Below, in pieces: positions 20,401 to 29,625 of a stretch of DNA of 64,000 nt. Location of the stretch: NCBI GenBank assembly GCA_037481715.1, contig JBBFLD010000009.1, forward strand, positions 36,909 through 100,908, in the 5' to 3' direction. Source of the DNA: Melioribacteraceae bacterium. Its GTDB lineage: Bacteria; Bacteroidota; Ignavibacteria; Ignavibacteriales; Melioribacteraceae. The notes beneath the pieces were generated by a model. That model had not been told where the DNA came from. It saw only the letters and a list, made by a program, of their open reading frames with translations, and ran no database searches. The translations under genes and the position numbers were made by a program. Within the stretch, counting starts at the first letter, position 1, and each line of letters starts with the position of its first letter.

Positions 20401-20938
20401 TTTGATTTTTATCTGGATGAGAAATTTCGTAGAGTTGATTATCAATAATTAATGCAATATCAGCTCTAATTTTTTCTGAAATTTTACTTAGAAAATCCGA
20501 ATCCAAAATTTTTCCGTAATAAATTATATTATTATTATCAATCCTTGTAAAGCTTAGGACAATATTAGGATTATCATCAAAAAATTTTTTGATTGACCTC
20601 GAAGCTAAGTTCAGTTTTGCATTTTTATTTTTTTTGAATTGATTGATATTAATTAAAGAATCTTTTTCTAAGGTAAAAAGAAAATCTATGCTGGTTGAAT
20701 CTAAGTTTATAGTGTTAAGATTTTTTGATGATGGAGAAATTTTTTTCAAATCATATTCGACTTGTTGAAGTGAAGTTTCGAAAACAAAAATAAAGTCGTT
20801 TGTTGAATTTAATATTGATTGTGATTGATATCTTGTAAGGAGACTGTCAGTAAGTGAGAAATAAATTACAGCAGAAGCTGCAGAAGTTATAACAACAATT
20901 ATAAATGAAAATAATATCAGTTTTGTATTCAGTTTCAT
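17426..20938 (-). CDS. Hybrid sensor histidine kinase (2 TM segments, extracytoplasmic domain, HAMP, GAF-like domain, coiled coil, HisKA, HATPase, three REC-like domains)
   Basis: H-box SHELRTPL. N/G boxes (LLMNAIKFT, DTGIGIP, GGAGLGLAICK). C-terminal canonical REC (IVDDDED, LIFLDIMMPTMDG). Two preceding REC-like segments, the first with Asn at the phospho-acceptor position (SSIIINSHL). Confidence 0.85.
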   Translation of the reverse strand: MKLNTKLILFSFIIVVITSAASAVIYFSLTDSLLTRYQSQSILNSTNDFIFVFETSLQQVEYDLKKISPSSKNLNTINLDSTSIDFLFTLEKDSLININQFKKNKNAKLNLASRSIKKFFDDNPNIVLSFTRIDNNNIIYYGKILDSDFLSKISEKIRADIALIIDNQLYEISHPDKNQKFIPALNHSIQNLKFKNNYDIFNDEVDNADFKASLYTPRQILTPAGKFNFIIFTSFEEAADFRNTLRNVVILIVAAGSALTFIFVLLFTYKFRKQLTLLSEATEITTKGNLEHRVTIISKDEIGKLGEAFNKMLDVIKKKEDIEKEYTEFIKLINQNPTLKQVSEAALSKIIKATGCSFGVLYVLENKNLRLTSSYGINRESVNTNFTSDLYSNVIDKKESLEFTFESNFPEIKTGLASIKLKYLLIYPILYNKEPIAILELASENIPQNGVKNYLDNIQEHLAIGLINAVSLEQLENYITELKRLNEEYQKQNKQITQQNEQLKELHNQLREKAEELEKQKQKAIELTKVKSQFLASMSHELRTPLISILGLTELLLKDSYANTKFNEKLNIVHRNGKKLLRLITNILEFSRLESGKIEIKKEKFLLSELLEELRQNFGSAAEEKKLKFTIETPKRKNILLDTDKNKLDHILSNLLMNAIKFTDKGEVKLLIELIDNNSIKFSVMDTGIGIPEEKQELIFSEFKQIETNSSKHFGGAGLGLAICKRYAELLGSRLSLESQINKGTKFSFTLNDAIVEIIETNGDNFLKVKDDYDENKKSSALIIGSSENANKLVKDYLATYNYQIKICENAKQSLDVINKQKFSSIIINSHLNDCSIWQLIADIRKNPAALEMPIIIYNVIENEKVGWAPNVFDFLIKPVTENIFKNLIKQINSFTNETVEKIIYAGYKKEEYEIIKSNVSDIEFDYKNSLESAMALIDYSKVQLFLIDVESFKSDALLFSSLLRQNKFTKNTFVVFLLPQIFSENESTDLTNTFNAITLREKNHPLDILKFIKDRLKIDDSEANKRLNLMIESSPRKPEIIHDYLKPTIMIVDDDEDTLFTIGEFLKELNCSPVYAHNGMECLLMLNHILPDLIFLDIMMPTMDGFETIKRIRSSSRTAKIPVIALTAYAMLENKEVIEKNGFNDLVTKPVDSATISSKINNHLKIKVF

Positions 20939-20999
20939 GATAACTTAAAATCATAAATTATGACAGCTTTATTCGTAAGAATAAAAAATCAATTAGTAA

Positions 21000-22244
21000 T
21001 TACTTTTCGTCTTCTTTTTTAATTTCACTTTCCTTTTTGTATTTATCCATTGATTCGATATTTTTCTTAAGTTCTTGTTTTAATATGCCTTCTTCTTTCA
21101 TTGTAGATATTCTTTCTTTAAGCGGCGGAAGAATTTCTGCTTTTATCAAGATAATGATTTCTTTTGTTGTTACCGTTTTTTGGTCATAACCAAAAAGATA
21201 TCTTAAACCTAAAAACCACCATGGCAAATCTTTTAAGATTGGAACACCTCGTCTGTCCATGGTTTCCTCATTAACGAATAATCCGCCAATTGCAGTTTCT
21301 TCGCCATCGAGCAGCAATACATTTGTTTCTGCAGCAGTTTTTCTGATTTCTGTTGTTATGGTTCCTGGATTTGCAGAACTTCTTTCAACTTTCAATTTCA
21401 TGTAGACATAATCAATTCCATCTTCATTGTAAATGTAAGGCGTAACTTCAATGATTGTTCCTGTTGAATAAAATCTGTCAATTAAATTGCCAGCAAAATC
21501 TCTCTCTTTTATTGAAATATCTGAGCCAACTTGAGTTCTGCCTTTAACCCCGTTTACTGTGCTGATTGTGGGTCTTGAAATAATTTTGCCCAGATTTTCT
21601 GTTTCAAAAAATCTAAACAGTGAAGTAGCATCACCTTCAAATTTTCCCATTGTGAATTTTGATTCTGTATTAACACTGAATTCCGGAGGCTTTTGTTGAA
21701 TTTGAGTTGTAGTTCCGCTTTGTTGTTGTATTTGTTCCTGCACAGTAATAAGTTTTCCGCCGATTGATAATCCACTTCTTGAGAGTAAAAATTCCCAGTT
21801 TATTCCGCGTTCTCTCATTTCAGCAACATTAGCTTCAAACAATAATGCTGATATTCTAACTTCTCTTTCATCAACAGAGGCATAAACATCTTTTGCAAGT
21901 TGAGCTTTGGCTTCTTCTTTTTTCTTAACAATTATTGTGGATTCAGTTTCTTCCAAAGTTAAATTATTATACTGAACAATTATGAAGAGAGCTTTTTTAT
22001 ATTGAATTTTGTTTAATTCAACTCCGATTGGTGAAGTTATATTTACAGTTGATACAATTTTTTTACCTGTGATTTTCTGACTTACTGCACTAAGCACTTC
22101 AATTGCTTGATTAAATGGAATGTTTTCAGAAAGAGTAACAAGTTCTTCGGGATTAACATATCCCTTAAGTTTTTCCTGCAAATCAATTTGAGCATCAACT
22201 CTGCTCATTAGAATTATTAGCAAAAGAAAAATTAGCTTTTTCAT
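21000..22244 (-). CDS. Secretin-family outer-membrane channel (compact, PilQ/GspD-like)
   Basis: Signal peptide, an N0-like domain, and a C-terminal secretin signature (GLFVNEE..RRGVPILKDLPWWFLGLRYLFG). Last gene of the pilus block. Confidence 0.75.
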   Translation of the reverse strand: MKKLIFLLLIILMSRVDAQIDLQEKLKGYVNPEELVTLSENIPFNQAIEVLSAVSQKITGKKIVSTVNITSPIGVELNKIQYKKALFIIVQYNNLTLEETESTIIVKKKEEAKAQLAKDVYASVDEREVRISALLFEANVAEMRERGINWEFLLSRSGLSIGGKLITVQEQIQQQSGTTTQIQQKPPEFSVNTESKFTMGKFEGDATSLFRFFETENLGKIISRPTISTVNGVKGRTQVGSDISIKERDFAGNLIDRFYSTGTIIEVTPYIYNEDGIDYVYMKLKVERSSANPGTITTEIRKTAAETNVLLLDGEETAIGGLFVNEETMDRRGVPILKDLPWWFLGLRYLFGYDQKTVTTKEIIILIKAEILPPLKERISTMKEEGILKQELKKNIESMDKYKKESEIKKEDEK

Positions 22245-22245
22245 T

Positions 22246-23133
22246 TTATTTACTCTTCTTAATTTCTTTGTCGAGTTTTAGTGTTACAGTTTCAATTATT
22301 CCACCTTTGTTCAGAACAAAACGTACTTCATTTTTATCGTAATTAATATTTGTCAAATAACCAAGATATACTTTATCGCCTTCCCAGAGCAGGAATGTAT
22401 TTCCATTTGCATCGGCTAAAAATGCACCATCAGGAATTAATGCAAGCAGTTTTGCATTTTGAACATCAAGCAATCCTTCTTTGTTTGGAGGTATTTCATT
22501 TCGAATCAATGGATAGAAAATATCATAAACAGGATTTGGTTCTAATCTGTTTTCTACAAAATTTTTAACATAAAATCTATCGTCGTTTGAAAAGTAAACT
22601 GCGACTTTGAATTTGAATGTAACCAGATAGTGCGGCATCCCATCTTCATCAACTTTAACATTGTTAGTCATTTCAACATTAGAAATTTTCTTAAGCATTT
22701 TGCTTTCTTCAATAGCATAAATCAGATGATTCAAATCATTAAATTCAGCTGTTCCACTTAATGTATAACGATAAATGCTTAATGGATTTCCTTGTTCGGT
22801 TTGGTCGAATTCTATATTGACATAAGAATATGGTGAAAATGAGTAAGTAACTTGATTAATAAAATCATAAAAACTCGATTGAGAAAGATTGTATGGAACA
22901 TTGTATTGTCGATTGGCAAGAATTGAATCAAGCTGAGCAACTCGTTTTCTCAAAAAATTTAATTGTTGTGTTAATGCTTCGGTATCGAGCTGATAAAGTG
23001 TTAATTCTTTTATCTTTTTTTCACGGTCTTTAATTTTTCCTTTCAAGTAAACATAATTGAATAGCCCGCCAATTAGAATAATGGCAACAAGTATCGCAGA
23101 AATGATGACGGTATTTTTTACTTTGCTGTTCAT
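22246..23133 (-). CDS. Putative pilus alignment protein (PilO-like N-terminus, PilP-like C-terminal beta domain)
   Basis: A single N-terminal TM helix plus a coiled coil, as in PilO. The C-terminal beta-rich segment (GDKVYLGYLTNINYDKNEVRFVLNKGGIIETVTLKL) resembles the PilP/GspC HR domain. Synteny between the PilM/N-like gene and the secretin. This is a topology and context call only. Confidence 0.45.
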   Translation of the reverse strand: MNSKVKNTVIISAILVAIILIGGLFNYVYLKGKIKDREKKIKELTLYQLDTEALTQQLNFLRKRVAQLDSILANRQYNVPYNLSQSSFYDFINQVTYSFSPYSYVNIEFDQTEQGNPLSIYRYTLSGTAEFNDLNHLIYAIEESKMLKKISNVEMTNNVKVDEDGMPHYLVTFKFKVAVYFSNDDRFYVKNFVENRLEPNPVYDIFYPLIRNEIPPNKEGLLDVQNAKLLALIPDGAFLADANGNTFLLWEGDKVYLGYLTNINYDKNEVRFVLNKGGIIETVTLKLDKEIKKSK

Positions 23134-24686
23134 TTTGTTTTCAAAGTATCTGCCTGCAATTTGAAATTAATTATATAAGAGAAAGCACTTTTTTCTCTTA
23201 TGGATTCATAATTGATATTTTTGATAACAGCAGAAGGCATGCTTTCTGCAAATTCTGTAAGCACACCTCTCGATAAAGAATATCCGCTGATTCTAATTTC
23301 TGAAGGCGAAACAGTTTCTAATCTGCTTAACCAGAAATTTCTTCTTCTTTCAATAAAATCTGAAATCTTTGTGATATTTTTATTCCAGATTCCTGCACCA
23401 GCAGATGCAGAATCAAGAATTGCTTGAGTAGCATCAAAGTTATTAATTCTGTTATCAAGAGGAGTAATTTCCTGCACAAGTGCCTGATTCTGAATTTGTC
23501 TTTGAGTCAATCTTTCTATTTCTAAATCAAGTTCTTTTATTTGTTCATAACTTGATAAAATTTTGAATGTAAAGAAAAATGTGGCGCCAAATAATAAAGG
23601 AAGCATTGCATAGCTGTGCCATCCAAATTGCAAAAATTTCTGATTCTCTTGAATATATCTTGGAAGGAAGTTTATGCCAGTGTAAATTTTATCGAGCTCA
23701 TCAAAATATTCAACTCCAACAGAAATCGGAATTGCATAGAGAGCAAGATTTTTAATTTCATCTTCGGTTAATGATGATGTATCCAAGTTTTCAAATTTTA
23801 ATTCGAAGACATTTGCTTCTGGAAAAGTTCCATAGAAAGAAAGGATTAAATTTTCTGAACGGTCTTCTCCACAAAGAATTATATTGTCTAACTTTGGAAT
23901 TCCTCCATTTTCCATTTCAAGAAGAATTTTAGAAAAGTAAACATCATAAGTATGAAGATTTTTAGTTCCAATATCTAAAGTTGCACCGATGTGTTTTAAT
24001 TTTTGTCCTTCTAAAAAAATCAGCTTGCTGTATTCTTTTCCAATATGAATGATTAATGTGTAATCTTCCGGGAAAAATTTATGAGATTTACCAACAAAAT
24101 AAGCTAAAGATAATTCTGCAGGTTTGATTGTAGGAATTTTGTAATAACGCTTTTTATTATAACTTGCAAGTTGATTAACAATAGTAGCACCAGCAATTTC
24201 TCCTTCAATAAATACACTCAGCATTGCTTTTTCACTAAACTCTATTACATCAATCATATCGGGAGGAACTATAATTCCTTTTGTGTTTTCAATATCTGCA
24301 ATTATTGATTGAAGTAACTTTTTTCTGTTCTCTTCTCTTGGACCTTCATAAAAATGGTAGCTAACAATAGGTTCACTTACAATTGGAATAAAATGAAGTG
24401 ATTTTAAATTTAATCCTGATAACGCAGCTTGTATCTGTCCAATATCTGAAGTATCAACTGACTCTTCTTTTCCCAAATCAATTTTATCAATACTATCAAA
24501 AGAAATTTCACTTGAGGAATCGATAGACTCAAGTTCTGTTAGTGATTCCTGTCTTGAGGAACTTTGTAAAGCTGTCGACATTGTAATTGAAGCAACACGA
24601 TTTACCGATACAGTCTCGTTGTTTTTTGACATGACTGCAAGTTTTACATCATTGCCTTCATTATATATGCAGACTATTTGTTTCAT
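23130..24686 (-). CDS. Putative PilM-like (actin-like ATPase fold) / PilN-like fusion protein
   Basis: About 350 aa of cytoplasmic region with PilM-like segments (LIIHIGKEYSKLIF, LDIGTKNLH). Then one TM helix (AMLPLLFGATFFFTFKIL), a coiled coil and a periplasmic region as in PilN. Start and stop are coupled to the neighbouring genes. Confidence 0.55.
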   Translation of the reverse strand: MKQIVCIYNEGNDVKLAVMSKNNETVSVNRVASITMSTALQSSSRQESLTELESIDSSSEISFDSIDKIDLGKEESVDTSDIGQIQAALSGLNLKSLHFIPIVSEPIVSYHFYEGPREENRKKLLQSIIADIENTKGIIVPPDMIDVIEFSEKAMLSVFIEGEIAGATIVNQLASYNKKRYYKIPTIKPAELSLAYFVGKSHKFFPEDYTLIIHIGKEYSKLIFLEGQKLKHIGATLDIGTKNLHTYDVYFSKILLEMENGGIPKLDNIILCGEDRSENLILSFYGTFPEANVFELKFENLDTSSLTEDEIKNLALYAIPISVGVEYFDELDKIYTGINFLPRYIQENQKFLQFGWHSYAMLPLLFGATFFFTFKILSSYEQIKELDLEIERLTQRQIQNQALVQEITPLDNRINNFDATQAILDSASAGAGIWNKNITKISDFIERRRNFWLSRLETVSPSEIRISGYSLSRGVLTEFAESMPSAVIKNINYESIREKSAFSYIINFKLQADTLKTK

Positions 24687-24687
24687 A

Positions 24688-25914
24688 TTACACAGCTTTT
24701 AATAGTTGCATAATACGGGTTTTATTATTTGCATAAGCAATAGCATTTTCCTTTGATATTTTCTTTTCAGTATAAAGGCGCAACAAATCCTGTTCCATTG
24801 TAATCATACCTTGCGGACCGCCTTGATTAATCATCATATAAATTTCGCTTGTATTATTGTTTTTTATTGCTGCTCTAACACTTGGAGTTACTATTAGAAC
24901 TTCTTTTGCAAGAACCCGCTTGCCATCGAGGCTGGGGACTAATTTTTGAGATACTACAGAAATTAAAACATCAGCTAATCGGTTTCTTACTCTTTCCTGT
25001 TCTATTGGATGAACTTCTGCAATAATGCGGTCAATAGATTCAACTGCAGATGAAGTATGCAATGTAGAAAATACCTTATGACCTGTATCTGTTACCTCTA
25101 AAGCTGCCATTATTGTGTCGGGGTCTCTCATTTCTCCAATTACAATTATATCGGGGTCCTGTCTTAGTGATTGAATTACTCCATCTTTGAAAGATAAAAC
25201 ATCTCTTCCAACTTCTCTATGTTTTATTATAGAAACTTTAGATGTATGAACATATTCAACTGGAGAAGCAATTATAACAATATGACATGGGTCGAATTGA
25301 TTATGATAATCAATGATTGCATCGAGAGTAGTTGATTTACCTGAACCTGTAATTCCAGTTACAAGTGATAAACCAAATTTTATATAGTTATGGCTCATTG
25401 TTTTAATTGCCAGGGGATGAAATTCAAGTGATTCAAGAGGACGAATTTTTGCCTGTATAGCTCTCATGTTTAGAGCTAATGTGTCAAGGTCGAAATATGC
25501 ATCAGCACGGAATCGAACATTTGTATTTTGTTTTGGATAGAAAAATGAATAGCTGAAATCCAGATTTCTTTGTTCAAGCAAAAAATTTCTTTGGTTTTTA
25601 TTAAGAAGAGAAATTATCAATACAGCAGCTTCATCAGTATTCATTGTGGGCAAATCTTTAACCCGTTCCTTTTTTCCATAAATTCGAAACCAGACATAAC
25701 CTTGTGTTCCAAATCCGCCAATCTCAACATCAGATGCCTGTCGTTCAATCATTAAGCTCAAAATGTGATTTGCAAATTGTATTATTAAAAGTTTTTCGTT
25801 GTCGGTAAGCTGGTCAATATTATCTGCAATATATTTTACTCGTTCTGGGCCAAAAACAGTTTGAGGAATTTTATTTGCAAAATTAGTTAGTATTTGTTTT
25901 GCTTCTTCTATCAT
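24688..25914 (-). CDS. pilT: PilT-family type IV pilus retraction ATPase
   Basis: Walker A GITGSGKSTT, Asp box DPDIIVIGEMRD, His box GHKVFSTLHTSSA, and a degenerate AIRN-like motif (AIKNNNTSEI). Has an N-terminal extension of about 60 aa. Confidence 0.85.
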   Translation of the reverse strand: MIEEAKQILTNFANKIPQTVFGPERVKYIADNIDQLTDNEKLLIIQFANHILSLMIERQASDVEIGGFGTQGYVWFRIYGKKERVKDLPTMNTDEAAVLIISLLNKNQRNFLLEQRNLDFSYSFFYPKQNTNVRFRADAYFDLDTLALNMRAIQAKIRPLESLEFHPLAIKTMSHNYIKFGLSLVTGITGSGKSTTLDAIIDYHNQFDPCHIVIIASPVEYVHTSKVSIIKHREVGRDVLSFKDGVIQSLRQDPDIIVIGEMRDPDTIMAALEVTDTGHKVFSTLHTSSAVESIDRIIAEVHPIEQERVRNRLADVLISVVSQKLVPSLDGKRVLAKEVLIVTPSVRAAIKNNNTSEIYMMINQGGPQGMITMEQDLLRLYTEKKISKENAIAYANNKTRIMQLLKAV

Positions 25915-26082
25915 GTTTTATTTTGAATGCGATATTTCTAATTGGTTTAATTTTTTTATTTAACATAGTTTAATTGATTTTAAAATCAAAGAAATAAATT
26001 TATTTGTATTAAAAACATTAATACCCAATAAATTTTTCTATTACATTTAATTATCGATAATTTTTATCAAGTTTTTATTGAA

Positions 26083-27867
26083 TTAATCTTCCATTGTGGC
26101 AGCAATTACTTCTTGAATTGAGGTTAATCCCATTTTTACTTTTTCGAATCCCGATTCTCTTAAGCTGATGGTTCCATCTTTTCTTGCCTGTTCACGAATT
26201 GCTTCTTCATCTACTTCATTACCTGAACGAACAATTATTCTTCTTATTTCTTTTGTGAAATATAGAGCCTCGTGTATAGCCATTCTTCCTTTGTAACCGG
26301 TGTTATTGCATTTATCGCATCCAACAGCTTCATAAATATCGTAACCAAGCCAATCTTCTAATTTGAGTCCAGCAGGTAAAATATGTTCTTCCAGATTTGT
26401 AACTTTTCTTTTGCAATGTTCGCATAATTTTCGAATTAATCTTTGAGCTACAATAATGTTTATTGCATAAGCAATCAGGAATGGTTCAATACCCATTTTG
26501 AATAAACGAGCTACAGCACTTGGTGCATCATTTGTGTGAAGAGTTGAAAAAGTTAAGTGACCTGTATTTGCAAGTTTAATTGCAGTTTCAGCAGTTTCTT
26601 TATCGCGCATTTCGCCAACAAGAACTATGTCAGGGTCGTGACGCAAGATTGCTCTTATCGCCTGTTCGAAGTTCATTTTATGTCCAATCTTAAGCTGACG
26701 TGCTCCTTCAATTACATATTCAACCGGGTCTTCAATTGTTAAAACATTTTTGGTTGGATGGATAACTTGATACAAAGCAGCAATTAAAGTAGTTGATTTT
26801 CCACTTCCTGTTGGTCCTGTTAAAATTATCATTCCCTGCGGTTGATTGATTGCTTTTACAAAAGCTTGATGAGCATAACCTGTAAGCCCAAGTTTGTTCA
26901 AATCTTTTATTACTTTTCTGTCATCAAGAACTCTTATAACAATGCTTTCAAATTTATTTTTTAATTCTGTTCCAACCATTGGCAGTACTGAAACTCTAAA
27001 GCGAATTATATGACCATCAATTTCTCTTTGAATAAAACCGTCCTGAGCTTTTTCTCTTTCAAATCTATCCAGACCTTTTGAGCGGTCTTTGACAACTGCC
27101 ATAACAGCTTCAGGCATTGTATTTTCCTGAACATGCCATAATTGCAGTTTACCATCTATTCGAAAGTGAATCTCAGTTTTCATTGCTCCTTTTGGAATTA
27201 TATGAATATCACTTACACTTTTACGCACTGCTTCTACGAGAGCAGCTTCAATCAAGTTAATTAAAGCACTTTTGTTTATTTCAGCATCTAATTCTTCTTC
27301 GTCAATTGTTTCTTCTTGAACAACATGAAGTTCTTCACCGGCTTCTTCAATCATTTTTAGATAAACATTCTCGGAAGAAACTATCATGTTTATAAGTTTA
27401 TCATAATCTTTTTTTCGCAGATAGTTTATTTCATATTTTTTTGCATTTAATGCATATGCTACTTTTGCAATTGCTCTGTCTGTTGGGTCAACAGCAGCAA
27501 GTATTAATTTATCTTTTACTTTATCATCATACTTAAATGGAATGATGCGATGCTCAAGAAGCATTTGTTTAACTTCTTGAGGCTGACGATTAATTAAATT
27601 TTTTATTTCGTTGATTCTTTCTTCTGGCAGTTCTTCTGGACGAATATTAAGTTCTTTGAATGCATAGAGAATTGCAACTTCGCGGAATATAACATCGTGT
27701 TCAAAACCAAATTCTTCAACAAGTATTTGAGCAAGATTTCGCTTTTTATTTGTCTGGTCTGCTTCTTTTACTTTTAAAGCCTGTTCTAAAATTTTTGAAT
27801 CAATTATTCCTTTTTTTAATAATAGGTAGCCGATTTTATCCGCCATTTCTAATTGTGTATCCAGCAT
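26083..27867 (-). CDS. pilB: Type IV pilus assembly ATPase PilB/GspE family
   Basis: N-terminal T2SSE_N/MshEN-like domain. Walker A GPTGSGKSTT, Asp box DPDIVLVGEMRD, His box GHLTFSTLHTNDA, and a tetracysteine motif (CEHC...CDKC). Confidence 0.9.
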   Translation of the reverse strand: MLDTQLEMADKIGYLLLKKGIIDSKILEQALKVKEADQTNKKRNLAQILVEEFGFEHDVIFREVAILYAFKELNIRPEELPEERINEIKNLINRQPQEVKQMLLEHRIIPFKYDDKVKDKLILAAVDPTDRAIAKVAYALNAKKYEINYLRKKDYDKLINMIVSSENVYLKMIEEAGEELHVVQEETIDEEELDAEINKSALINLIEAALVEAVRKSVSDIHIIPKGAMKTEIHFRIDGKLQLWHVQENTMPEAVMAVVKDRSKGLDRFEREKAQDGFIQREIDGHIIRFRVSVLPMVGTELKNKFESIVIRVLDDRKVIKDLNKLGLTGYAHQAFVKAINQPQGMIILTGPTGSGKSTTLIAALYQVIHPTKNVLTIEDPVEYVIEGARQLKIGHKMNFEQAIRAILRHDPDIVLVGEMRDKETAETAIKLANTGHLTFSTLHTNDAPSAVARLFKMGIEPFLIAYAINIIVAQRLIRKLCEHCKRKVTNLEEHILPAGLKLEDWLGYDIYEAVGCDKCNNTGYKGRMAIHEALYFTKEIRRIIVRSGNEVDEEAIREQARKDGTISLRESGFEKVKMGLTSIQEVIAATMED

Positions 27868-27938
27868 AGCTTAACTCCTTTTCATTTAACTTGCTTTTAT
27901 GTCGACTTAAATTTAACAGCAATATAATTAATAGTGTA

Positions 27939-29282
27939 TCATTGTGCTAATGGTGATTTTGGACTTATTGTTGCTGTTTCTGCTGAAATTAAAGTTAATG
28001 CAATCATAACAATCATAATAATCATAGCTATTGCAAGCTGTATCATTTCAATCACATTTTTTAATCTAAATACAGTTTCGCTTTCATAATAATTTGCAAG
28101 TTGAAGAGCAGTATTTTTAATTGTTCCTGTTTCTTCGCCAGAGTGAAATCTTGATAAAGCTGTATCTGTAAATACGCCGCTTGCCTGGAAAGCATCTGTA
28201 ATTCCTATTCCTTTTTTAATCATTAATGGAATAGCCACATTTTTGATTTGATTTTCAAAATAACTATTGCCAGTTGCTTCGGCTGCAATTCTAATGGGTT
28301 CAATACTTTCGGCAGACCCTGTGTAGAGTGTATAAAATACACGGCAAAAAACTTCTATATTTGTTTTGTGAATAAGATTTCCAATTATTGGAATTTTATA
28401 CATCAGTCTGTCAATTATTAGTTTTCCTTTTTTGGTTTTAGCAAATTGAATTATAAATATTGGAGGAATTATAATAGCTAATGATACCCAGAGAATATTT
28501 CCCATTAAGAAATCACTAATTTTTAATGTGGCGGCAGTCAGTGGTGGTAAATCAATTTTAAATTTGATAAACAATTTAGCTGTTTCTGGAAAGATATAGC
28601 CGACATAAAATATTACAGCAAGAAACAATACGAACAAAGTAACTAATGGTGTAATCAAAGCACTTCTTAAGTTCTTTCTAAATTCCTGCTGACGCTCGAG
28701 AAATTTTGCTGTTGCTTTGTAGATTTCTGCCATGTTACCACTTTTAGATGCAAGGCCAAGCATATATGCAGTAAATTTTCCAAATACAGATTGATATCGA
28801 AGAAATGTAGCTTCGCTGTCAGCTCCTTTTTTAAGTTCATTATTAATTTGTCTTAAAGTTTCGCGCAAAGTTTTATTTTGAATATCATTTATAAGCAATG
28901 TAAGTATTTCGCTATAAGGAAGTTTTTGCTCAAGCAGTTCGGCACTAATTTTTACATAAGAAACGATATCCTGCTGCGGCGGTTTGAAGTTGAACTCAAA
29001 ATATTTTTTATTGACAGAAATAACTTCGTAACCAAGTTTTCGAAGAGCATTTACAACTTCTTCTTTGCTGAAAGCTCGCTGTTCGCCGATGATTGGTTTT
29101 TCATTGCCGCGTCGTATTTTATAAATATATGTGCTTTTTTTTTGGATTGAATGGATTTTGAGATTATTTTTTTGAGCTAATTTGTAAATCTTCTTTTTAG
29201 CTTCGCTGAAAGTAGGTTCATTAAGTGTTCCAGTGATTGTTTGTCCACCTGGTTTAATAGCGTTAAATCTTACTTCAATCAT
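27939..29282 (-). CDS. pilC: Type IV pilus platform protein PilC/GspF family
   Basis: 447 aa. Duplicated GspF-type cytoplasmic domains separated by TM helices. Adjacent to pilB. Confidence 0.85.
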   Translation of the reverse strand: MIEVRFNAIKPGGQTITGTLNEPTFSEAKKKIYKLAQKNNLKIHSIQKKSTYIYKIRRGNEKPIIGEQRAFSKEEVVNALRKLGYEVISVNKKYFEFNFKPPQQDIVSYVKISAELLEQKLPYSEILTLLINDIQNKTLRETLRQINNELKKGADSEATFLRYQSVFGKFTAYMLGLASKSGNMAEIYKATAKFLERQQEFRKNLRSALITPLVTLFVLFLAVIFYVGYIFPETAKLFIKFKIDLPPLTAATLKISDFLMGNILWVSLAIIIPPIFIIQFAKTKKGKLIIDRLMYKIPIIGNLIHKTNIEVFCRVFYTLYTGSAESIEPIRIAAEATGNSYFENQIKNVAIPLMIKKGIGITDAFQASGVFTDTALSRFHSGEETGTIKNTALQLANYYESETVFRLKNVIEMIQLAIAMIIMIVMIALTLISAETATISPKSPLAQ

Positions 29283-29547
29283 TAAAACCCCTTATTAAAG
29301 TCATTTAATAAGTAACGCATATTAAATTTAAGAAAAATAAAAACAAAAGTAATTACTAATTAACTGTAGTCACTTATTTATTAAAATAAATTTCTAATGA
29401 GTTATTATTTTATTTGATTATCGATAGTAAATTACAATAATTGAGCCATTTGGGTATGACTAAAAAGCAGTTTTTCGATTGTTGAATATGTGAAAATTTG
29501 TGTTAAACTTTTTTCTATTTTTAAAAAGAGTTGACAATTTTAGTTAT

Positions 29548-29587
29548 TAAAATAAAAAGGCTGGCAAAACTATGTTTTACCAGCCTT
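29548..29587 (-). terminator. Rho-independent terminator after pilin-like gene 1
   Basis: A 14-bp stem (29557-29570 / 29574-29587). It is perfect only on the minus-strand RNA (one U-G wobble there, a C-A mismatch on the plus strand). 3-nt loop, followed by UUUUAUUUU. Confidence 0.7.
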
Positions 29588-29625
29588 ACGTATTTCTAAT
29601 CATAAGTTAAATAATATGAAAAATA

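Noticed and set aside
25974-25989. Perfect 16-bp palindrome TTGATTTTAAAATCAA in the pilB-pilT intergenic region
   Set aside because: It consists almost only of A and T in a very AT-rich spacer, so the chance expectation is not negligible. It shows no similarity to other elements in the window. I note it only as a possible operator.
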